From assembly GCA_964234715.1 (NCBI GenBank), contig OZ174276.1: DNA of 64,000 nucleotides; one strand, written 5' to 3'. Position numbers and translations under genes: made by a program. Below are positions 1 through 9,800 of this stretch, piece after piece; within the stretch, counting starts at the first letter, position 1; every line of letters begins with the position of its first letter. The notes beneath the pieces are model-generated. The model saw only the letters and a program-made list of their open reading frames with translations, made no database searches and had not been told where the DNA came from. Source of the DNA: Podarcis melisellensis (Eukaryota).

Positions 1-582
1 ACAGCATAGCCAAGCACAAATCTTAGGTGCCCTCTTAAATGTCCTGGTAGCCACACCTCTGAGTGCTCTTAAAACCTATATTAAGCAGCTTACTAAATGG
101 GTCTCTCCTTAGTTTTGCCAAAAAAGCACTTTAAAAAGTTTCAGACACAGTAAAAAACATGGCAATACTTTTAATGGGCCCATCTAAGAAAACGTCAGCT
201 GATCCAAAATGGGGCAAGCTTGTTTACCTGGCCTGGCCAATACAATCAACCTATTACTTTGCCATCTGTACAGGCTTACAGCCAGTTTCCAGGGCCAATT
301 TAAAGCCCTGCTGTTAACTTTTAAAGCTCTAAGCCAGCACTTTCCAACTGGTGGTCTGTGGACTGCAGGGGGTCCGTGGCACCATTCACACATGAAAAAG
401 CACCACAGAGATATCGAACTTTTCAAAAGTCCCTGGCTTTGGCTTTTGAAAAACACGGGGACTGCCGTACTTGGGAATCCCACTGCTCTAGTCTAAGCAA
501 TGCTCGAGGACAGGATACCTGAAGAGATTACAAAACAAAAATCCTTCCAGTAGCACCTTAAAGACCAACTAAGTTAGTTCTT

Positions 583-622
583 GGTATGAGCTTTCGTGTG
601 CATGCACACTTCTTCAGATACC
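583..622 (-). ncRNA. Second minimal hammerhead motif, on the minus strand
   Basis: Reverse complement reads GGUAU-CUGAAGA-A-GUGUGCAUGCACAC-GAAA-GC-UC-AUACC (5-bp stem I). Confidence 0.65.
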
Positions 623-637
623 TGAAGAAGTATCAGT

Positions 638-675
638 GTATCTGAAGAAGTGTGCATGCACACGAAAGCTCATAC
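638..675 (+). ncRNA. Minimal type-I hammerhead ribozyme motif (predicted cleavage 3' of C671)
   Basis: GUAU-CUGAAGA-A-GUGUGC(AU)GCACAC-GAAA-GC-UC-AUAC: stem I GUAU/AUAC, core CUGANGA and GAAA, stem II, UH site; activity untested. Confidence 0.65.
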
Positions 676-779
676 CAAGAACTAACTTAGTTGGTCTTTA
701 AGGTGCTACTGGAAGGATTTTTGTTTTGTTTTGACTATGGCAGACCAACACGGCTACCTATCTGTAACTGAAGAGATTA

Positions 780-2370
780 CCTCTCGCATGCCTGAGATCA
801 GGACGCCCCTGAGGGGAACTTCTGCCCCTTGAGAGGCAGCCGCGAGATACCGTTGCCGAGGATAGCGCGGGCGCCGCCCGGCGGCTTAAGGCTCTTCCGC
901 CTGCGGCGTCGGGGTTCCAGGAGGCGCGCGCGAGAGCGAGCTCTGCCCTTAGTCCGTTACCCCGGTTTGCAAAGCGCAGGCCGCGCACATGGAACCCGGA
1001 CTCCGCCAGTTGCGCCTTAAGGATCGCAGAGCTGGAATGGGCGGGGGGGGGGGGAGAAGGAAGCTGTGTGGGATGGGACAGGAGGCACGCGGGCGCTCGA
1101 AGCCGCCGCCGCCGCCACCACAGGTAGCCCCTCCCTCTTCTCTGCCGCTTCCCCAGCTCCGGCCCCGCCTCATTAGGCGGAGGGGGTGGCGGTGGGGGGA
1201 AGAGATGGAGGGGGCCGCGGCCGGCGTAATGCTGGGAAGAGGAAACGAGGGGACGCTCCCAGGCGGCAGAGGCGGCGGCAGCGGCGCCCGGCGGGGTCAC
1301 GAACTCTGACCTTTCGGCACAAGACTCCCGTTCACCCCCCCCCCCGCCCAGAAAACAACAATAATAATAACAACAGAGCGGCTCTCCTTTCCTCCCCCCC
1401 CCTTCTCTGCTCCGTGCAGGGCAAGACGTTAACCCCTCCGGTGCCGCTGCCTCCGCCTGCCTTTATTCCCCCCCTCACCCCACTCGAGGGGCCCGCAGGG
1501 TGGGGGGGCACCACAGGCCTGGCCAGAGACCCGTTGCGAGGCAGCCACCGCCGGGCTTGCTTGGCGCCAAACCCTGAGGTAAATGAGCTTCCTTATTCTA
1601 GCGGGTCGCGGCGCGTTTCGGGCTCGGAGGGGCGACGGTTCTCTCGAGGCGGAGAGGGAGGCGCCGAAACGGGCGGGCGGGCGGGGGGGGGTGTGTGCTG
1701 GCGGAGGTCGGCGGGCTTCGGGCGCTGCGCCTTTTCCTTTCCCGGGGTCTGCCGTGGCCGCGATGCCGCGAAAACTGCACCGGCTCCGAGTGAGGGAGAA
1801 AAGAAGATGGAGTCTGAGCGGGCGGAGGCAGTGGCTTGAACCCGACCCTTTTACCTTTGCCACCGGGAGGGCGGAGGGGAGGGGGCGGCGGGTATTTTGC
1901 ATACGGGGCAGCCCGTCGCCATCTTAAGCGGACTCTTCCCCCCACCCTACTACCACCACCCGCTTCTCTCCCGCTCTGGGCTGCCGCTCGCCACGCTCTG
2001 GGTGCCCGCGACCGGGCCCGACCAGTTACGGGCGAAGGAACGTTAGGGAAGGCGGGGAGACTAATGGCGGAGCTTTTGGACTTGGCTACCTGCCAACTCC
2101 GCCATCTTGTGCTTCAAGTGCCTTTTTCTCCTTATCTCTCCTCCCCCCCCGCAACTTTAATTGGGGGGCGGAGGGGGGAAGTGGCCTGAAGGGCGGTCGC
2201 ATTGGCCAATTATACCCGTTGTGGCGGTGGGAGGGCGGGCTTTCCTTTCCGCTGGCGACGAGAGCCGATTGGTTGGGCCGGGAGAATGCGCGAAAAGGGG
2301 TTCTGTGGAGGGCGACGCTATACCCCTCGTCAAAGCTTTCGTTCCTGCCCTCGTAGTTCCTGGCTGAATT
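780..2370 (+). promoter_or_regulatory. CpG island: NR2C2 promoter and non-coding first exon (candidate donor GAG|GTAAAT at 1578/1579)
   Basis: Very GC/CpG-rich; GC boxes; YY1-type CGCCATCTT at 1917 and 2100; CCAAT/ATTGG at 2201-2210; ZNF143-like TTCCCAGCATT on the - strand at ~1228-1238. Confidence 0.85.
1294..1314 (-). promoter_or_regulatory. Composite nuclear-receptor element: DR1 AGGTCA-G-AGTTCG (- strand) abutting GGGTCA (+ strand)
   Basis: Sequence GGGTCACGAACTCTGACCTTT. Confidence 0.5.
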
Positions 2371-3199
2371 AATCCCCGTTTTTCACAAAAACGTTGAACA
2401 ACAGTATCCTGTGGGAACGCAAGGTTTAGGAATGCTTCTCTTGCCTTTAGCAAACTCAAGAACACCGTTTTAATTGCGTGTCAGAGCTCAAACTGCAATC
2501 GTAATCTCGCTTACCTACGAACAAGCGCCACTGAATTCAGCTGGACTTGCTTCTGAGTAGGATTGTGCTCTTAGCCTGTCCCCACTAACAGAAATTTACC
2601 AAATTTTGCACCTGTGTTTCTGGAATGTATAAATTGTCACAACCTGAAGCCTGTGATGTGTACTTGAAAAGAATACTTTGTTGCAAATATGTTTCAAATA
2701 TATATTTTGAAAATGATTTTAGTATGTCACACAAAACCACAGAAAAAACCAGGAAAAGTGATGCAAAGCATACTTTCCACAAAAGGTAACGTGTCACTAG
2801 TTTAAAAACAGGTCAACCCAGGCTGTCAATATTTAGCGTGAGGGATCCAGTCACCGGACATTTGGGTTTGCACAATTAAAGTGGATTAAAGCTCTCGGAC
2901 ACAACAAATGTACTTTTAAAACCCTCGTTTTTTTGCAGTTAGAAAAGTGACATGGAGATGCATTAAGAAGTGTGGGGTAAATTATTAATGTGTAACCTCA
3001 CAAGCAAATCAGAATGAAGACTCGTACTGTAGTCTTAAAACTTTCCAGCAAACAAACCTGAACAACTGCTTAATGAATAGACCTTACTTACAAATAAACT
3101 GTGTAATCAAATGAGGATGAATGCTCAGTAAACAGATCATCTTGAGGAGCTCATGGGCCACAACTATAGACTGAATGTGCTTTATACCTTTAACCCACG

Positions 3200-3300
3200 T
3201 GTAGCCAACATAGTTTCCTTCATATAACTCCCATCAGCCCCAGCCAGTATGGGAGTGTTAGTCCAGCAATATTTGGGGGTACAACATTGGCTATCCCTAC
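3200..3300. mobile_element. Degenerate palindromic hAT-type MITE fragment (related copy at ~23252-23372)
   Basis: Imperfect inverted structure gtagccaac...aactcccat...atgggagt...ttggctatccc. Confidence 0.4.
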
Positions 3301-3451
3301 TTCAACCAAATGTAATTTGTAAGTTTAGATCTTTACTATTACTATAATTTGTTTCCCAGTTCCATTAGTGATGACACTACTAGGGTTGCCATATTTCAGA
3401 ATGTATGTGAACTGCCCTGAGACCTCCGGGTGTAGGGTGGTATATAAATGT

Positions 3452-3801
3452 TTGTTGTTTAGTCGTGTCCGACTCTTCGTGACCCCATGGACCAGAGCAC
3501 GCCAGGCCCTCCTGTCTTCCACTGCCTCCCGCAGTTTGGTCAAACTCATGTTTGCAGCTTCGAGAACACTGTCCAACCATCTCGTCCTCTGTCGTCCCCT
3601 TCTCCTTGTGCCCTCCATCTTTCCCAACATCAGGGTCTTTTCCAGGGAGTCTTCTCTTCTCACGAGGTGGCCAAAGTACTGGAGCCTCAGTCCTTCCAGT
3701 GAGCACTCAGGGCTGATTTCCTTCAGAATGGATAGGTTTGATGTTCTTGCAGTCCATGGGACTCTCAAGAGTCTCCTCCAGCACCATAATTCAAAAGCAT
3801 C
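3452..3801 (-). mobile_element. Bov-B (RTE) LINE 3' fragment, 5'-truncated
   Basis: Minus ORF FELWCWRRLLRVPWTAR...LQYFGHLVRREDSLEKTLMLGK...WRALVHGVTKSRTRL; TSD ATATAAATGT at 3442-3451 and 3802-3811. Confidence 0.93.
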
Positions 3802-5735
3802 ATATAAATGTATAGGGTGGTATATAAATAAATTCAATAAATAAACAAATAAAATAAATGAGCTTTTTTAAAGGGAAAATTGCTCTTAGTCCTGCTGGAC
3901 CCATTTCTCCCTGTTGCATTGCCTAGATGGAATGATAGCAAGAGGAGAAGAATGTGACTGTTTCTTCAGATTATGGTTGCTATGTTTTGTTTGCATCCTT
4001 TCTTTCTGGGGTGATGGGGAGAATTTGGTCCAACCCCTTGCCTGCATAGCTGCTGCAGGGAGGATTATACCAAGAGAATGTGCACAAGAAGATGTGGTGA
4101 TGTTTACATTATTATGCTGCTGACCTGTGCCACCTGTCCATCTTGCACTACACCTCTTCTTCGGTGGGAGGTGGTTGTGTTGCTTTCATCACTCCTGGCA
4201 ACAACAACAGCACAATGGAAGAGGACATCCTAAAGAGGTGGTGGTGGCTACAATTCAGCAATGGTCACCGCACTGGTGCTTCGGCATCAGTAGGTAATAG
4301 ATTTGGGGAGAGGATTGGCCTTTAGCTAGTATCCATATATAAATGTTAGTTCCCATTCTACTTTTGGAATACTTTGTCACTTAAGAGTGACCAAACTCAG
4401 GTGCACCTCTTTACTCTTCTGTCTAAATGAGTGGCTGCCATTCATTCCTATCTCTCCCTGTAGCACACAGCTTCAGCATGTTTTGTGTCTGTTCACGCAT
4501 GGTGGTGAAGTCTAGAATAACCAACCTATGTGAACTTAATCTGCATCCTTCAGTCCTTTCCAGGATCACCTGGAACATGCAACAGTTTAGTGACAGATGT
4601 AAGCAGAATAATGTGAAAAAGTGAAATGGTAAGCAGAATAATGTGAAAAAGTTTAACTGTGTATGATGCAGGAAAGTGTGTTGTGCCTGCCTCCATGGAA
4701 TCCTGTAATATACAGGCCTGTGTTCTGGCTTTCTTTCCTCTTTACAAAGTACAATGATAGGCATTTTCTTAGTTGCTTTATAATAAGTGAAATCCTAAGA
4801 TAATTTGCAATTTCAGTAGTGTGAAAAGATCTGGAAATCAGCTTGTTCTTTTAGCTCTACAGTATATTTAGTCACTTTATAGTTCCCATTATCCCACCAA
4901 AAACAGTTGGATACACCTGCATTTCCTCAAAGCTATGTGAAAGCAAGACGTGTTCAGTCCTCTGTTGCTGTAAGCATGGAAGCTAGGAAGCATAGTTTCT
5001 TTGGCCCTGCTAAGCAGCTAGTGAAGGCTTGCAAAAGCAGATAATGACTACTACTGGTTGTTTCTTTCTGAACAAAGTGGAGATGGTTATTTCATGAAAG
5101 TGGCAAATGTTTTCTTATTTCATTAATCTGATAAAATTAACCCTATTTCACAAACTGAACACAGGATTTGGTTATTTCACAATAGCCAACAATATTAATG
5201 CCTATTCAAAGGTGCTTAGATTTTGGTTGGGAGGAAAGCTCTGAATGAGCTGGGAGATACTCAATGGACGAGATAATATTTCTAAACAGATGTGAGTGTC
5301 TCCCATGGTTGCATGAGCTGTGAATTTGTCAGGGGTCTGTCTCTTGCTTGGCATAAGAGACATATCTGCAGTGTATGAAGAACTTGAAAGAGATGAGGGG
5401 CCTCTCCATGTTGTGCTCATCCACAAATACAGTTACTAATAAGAGATTCCTGGTCCTTTTGGCAACCTGGTGATGGCATATATGGAGCTCAGTACCTCTT
5501 TTATTTTTAAAAATGTTATTTTTACTTTTTTCATGAATAGAGCATAATATAATAACATAATATCACTGTTTTATAATGAAACATTTGAAACTGTGTTCAG
5601 TACTATCACGGGGGTGTATACTGTACTATATTTAATTGTTCTTAGTAATAAAATGGCAAAAGCTTTAATTTTTCTGTTGTTGATAGAAGTTATTGGCATC
5701 TCTCCAAAAAGGTTCTCTAATGATCCTCCTTCACC

Positions 5736-5795
5736 ATGACAACCAATATGGAGGTGCTGGCTCAGCAGATAGTGGAGACACAGCAGGTGGCTGAG
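5736..5795 (+). CDS. NR2C2: NR2C2 coding exon 1 ([20 protein letters not shown]); the exon probably starts at 5687
   Basis: ATG at 5736, donor GAG|GTGAG; resembles the N-terminus of the long TR4 isoform; in frame with the next exon. Confidence 0.85.
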
Positions 5796-6832
5796 GTGAG
5801 TGAAGGATGATATTACAGTAACTCTTGACTGGTTTTTAAAAAGAAAATATAATTGTCTATTCTTTACAGATGGTCAGATCTAAAGTGGATTTTTTTCATA
5901 AAATGCTGGTTATTCCACTTGAAAATATAAAGCGATATTTTTCAATCCCCATGTTTTGTACTGAACTTCATTTGTATATAACAAAATGTCCACCAGGAGA
6001 GCAGAAGGTAATGCCCTTCTCCACCTTCTAATGACAGCTTGTCATACAGTGCTGCTGGGTGAAAAAAATGTGGGGCTGCACTTAATTCTGCAACCATCCC
6101 CCTATATCCTGCATATTCCTAGCAGCCTGGCTGAAGGGCCTAGATGAGACCTGTAGGCATGTGGAAGTCTTTGAACATGTCCAGTGTGGCTTCTGCTGCT
6201 TCATCCATATAGATATTTCTTATGTTTTTAAGCAGATCTATTTGCTGTTAGGTAAAGGTAATGGACCCCTGACCATTAGGTCCAGTTGTGACCGACTCTG
6301 GGGTTGCGGCGCTCATCTCGCTTTCTTGGCCAAGGGAGCCAGCGTACAGCTTCCGGGTCATGTGGCCAGCATGACTAAGCCACTTCTGGCGAACCAGAGC
6401 AGCGCACGGAAACGCCGTTTACCTTCCCGCCTTGCTGTTAGCTGTGAACTAATCTATGTTTTCTGATTAGTCTAATCTCATATCATCCACTTGTACCGTC
6501 CCAGCCAACGCATTTTTTATTTCCGCACCAGGCCTCTAACTTATAATAACATACAGGAACTGTTTACATAATGGGTGTTAAGTGATTGTGTATTTCTGTC
6601 AAGGAGGTCATCGATTATGCTGTTGATAAGTAGTTGCCCATTATCTGTTTTAAACCTGCATTGTAGGGTTCTATTTCATTTATGCATCCTTTGCATACAG
6701 TAAGCCCTCAGCCTATGTGGGGGTTATGTTCTGGGGATCGTGCCTAAAGCCAACATTGTGTATAGTCAAAACCCATTAGGTTCAATGATGGGTAGGATTG
6801 CCAAAGTCATTTTCCCTGGAACCCTGCCCCAT

Positions 6833-6871
<39 letters not shown>

Positions 6872-9800
6872 TGCATGCCATGCACATAAAGGTGAATGCA
6901 CACAAGTTAAATGTGTGTAGGTTGTGGGCTTACTCTATCTTTTTAAAATGGCCAGGAGCCTTCTCACCATCATCATCTAGAGAAAATACTGTGTTCATTT
7001 TTCTCAGATTTAAATCCAGTGACCATATCTTAAGGCTAAAAGACTGTTTATTAATAAAGGTTATATCCCAGTTTTTTTAAATCTGCATTTGAAATTAAGG
7101 TTTGTTAAAATTTAATGAAATGTTCCTTGAAGTAACATTGTTCAACTAGTTTCCTCTGTTGCACAATATAGTTATTGTAGTCCTTTGTTTTGTCAGTAGC
7201 ATTGCAACATCTACTTTTTACATTTGGGTTTTCTGTCTTGTGTTTAACATTGTCATGTACAGTAGTGCATTTTTTGTTTCTAGGTTTTTACTCTTCAATA
7301 TCACTAGCCAAGCTGTCCAGTTAACTGAGTTAATTCTGAAATAGTCTTCAGTTCAGAATAACCAAATACATCTATAGACATTATTATTTCTGATTAGCAA
7401 AATGCCCATGAAATTATTGGAATGTATGTTATATTTGCTTATTTGCATTACTGGAGGAGACTGACGTTGAGTGGGCACTAGGACACCACCAGGTGAACAT
7501 TGTTGTATTCCATTCATTTGAAGAGAAAGAAAATGTTAACCCTTAGGGTGAGAACAGGTTTATCTACTTACTCCTCATGTAACAAGGACCCTCTATTCCT
7601 AGGTGAAATATTGTACTCAAACCTCTATATACCCCATGGCTAAAGAGGCAACATATATTGGCTTCACATAGTCTGCCATTATTTGTGGTTGCCATACTCC
7701 TCTTTCTTCCCTTGAGTCCTCTGGCACACATAGAAAAATCAGGGGAGTGGTTGTCTCTCAGTGCTTTGGTCTTTGGAAGGGGCATGAGCAGTGAGAATCT
7801 TTGTTATCAAGTTAAAATACGGAGTCAGAAGCCAAATGCTTCTCTCCCCTGAATCTTCTGTTTTATCCAGAGTGCAGAAGAGGGGCAAGAGATTGGTTTC
7901 TCGGTTGAAACAGTGAAATACACCCCTTGAAAACGTGCAGGGAACTTGGAGTTTTGCATTGAGCATGTGGGAGGAGGATTGTCACCAATGGTGATATATG
8001 ACCTTTCCCTTCCTGTCAGTTTCCAAACTATGCCTTTCCCAACTATCAGTAAGGTGCTTGAAAATAGGAAGGTGGACAGACTCAGACACAAATGAGCATA
8101 AACGTTACGTGGATTGGGGTTTTGCTTGGAAAGGATGGTCTTGTTAGCTGCTGAAGTACCGTAGTTGGTCTAATAATACAGTAATTCACCCAGTTCTGGG
8201 GGGAAGCATTGCAGTTCAGCACAAAGCATGTCACTGAGAGTGCCATCTTTAATTTAACCACTTTCTGAACAATAATGACCTAAATTTATGCTGAACAATA
8301 ATGCATAAATTTATGCAATAATGCATAAATTTATGCAGTGAAAGTATATTGCATATAATGTTTTGTAATGTCATGGTTTCAACACTTTGAAAAAGCTGAA
8401 TCAACATAATGTGGTCCCCGCCCACCTTTTCAGAAGTTTCTGTGATTTTCGGAAATTTTAGTGTGTTGTGTTAATTTACAAGACTTATAGTTATCTTGTT
8501 GTTGTTGCTGTTGTTGCTCCTCCAGAGAATTAAAATGGTGGCTTTAATGCTTCTAACACATACCATGAAATTAATGGATTTATCATTATGTGCAGTAAAA
8601 CTGATTCCAGCGCAAAATATTTGATGGGTGCACAAGAATGTGGTGTTTGTTTAGCTATATTAAGTTAATGAACTGTAAAGATAAAATATGTCCCATAGGG
8701 AACAAAATAGTTTCCTTTTTTCATGTTACTGGTCTGAAAATTATTCAAGAGCTGGACAAATTATTTTCTCTTGAATTCTGCTACTTTGTAGTTTTTATTG
8801 AGCAGTAGTAGTTGGGCACAGGGGAGACAAAGAGAAGGAAAAGCTTTGTAACCTGGGTACATCTCCCCCAGTGAAATTAATTGTATTATTAGACAAACTG
8901 CTTCAGCAGCTGGCAAAACAGCAGGAACACGTCGATTCTGCTTCCTTGGTTACAGGGAGTGATAGTGTACTTGACCTTCAGAGGAGCAGGGTCATAGAGA
9001 GGGCATTTTTAAACAATTCTGTCTGGTTTTGTGATTGGAATCTTTATAAATGGAGCTCGGATACAAACATTTGGGAACAGACTAAAAGTGATCTCTTCAT
9101 TTCTCTTCGATTGTTTTGGCCAAAGATCTTTGCTGAAGAAAAATGTAAATAAAGCTGCAGAAGGATTTGACACTGTAAGTACTAGAGTCTGTACAGTATC
9201 AGGCGAGAGGCTCCAGGAAGCAAATGATTCAAAGGTTATTGAAGATGGGAGTGTTGTTATTTTTAAGAAGAAACATTTATGTTAAATGTATAGTCCGTTC
9301 ACTTTGCTTATCTAATCCTTGTAAATGTTTTAACTTAACAGCAATTTTAACTAAGAGTATATTGCTAATACTGTTCCTAGTTTAATTTGATTTAAAATTC
9401 AGAATATTCTAATTTCACAGTAATGGCCATTTATCTGGAAGCTGACTTCTAATTAATAGTTTAAATAATTAGCACTACTTGTTCTCTTTAGATAGTATGT
9501 ACAGTATTTTAGCACAGAATTTTAATCCACAGTTTATAGCAGTTTCTACAACAAGCGTATTAAGATTTAGTTTGTATTTCCTGATAAACTAGAATATACT
9601 GCCTTTTGCTCAACAGAAATTAAGGGTTATTACAGGTTAAAATTTCAGTGTAGGAATAAATCTGATACCAAGTAAACTGTTTACCTACCAATTGCCAAAT
9701 GCTGCAGATGACTAACCTTTTTCTGACCTGTGTATAAAGGTGAGATTTAAAGAGAAACCGAAGGGTACTGACTGTAATAGTTGTAGAACTACAGATATAT

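Larger units (their letters stand above)
532..767. mobile_element. Penelope-like-element (PLE)-derived insertion with 91-bp perfect inverted arms
   Basis: Arms 531-621 and 638-728 are exact reverse complements; 13-bp direct repeat CTGAAGAGATTAC at 519-531 and 768-780 (TSD); hammerhead-core motif of the type found in PLE pseudo-LTRs. Confidence 0.75.

Noticed and set aside
531-728. Inverted repeat read as a CRISPR array, pre-miRNA gene or classical MITE
   Set aside because: There is no repeat-spacer periodicity. The TSD encloses an extra asymmetric 39-nt tail, which fits a Penelope-type retro-insertion rather than a TIR element.
758-2465. Many overlapping 60-217-aa ORFs in the NR2C2 CpG island
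   Set aside because: They are low-complexity G/P/R/A products expected from stop-poor GC-rich DNA, with no recognisable domains.
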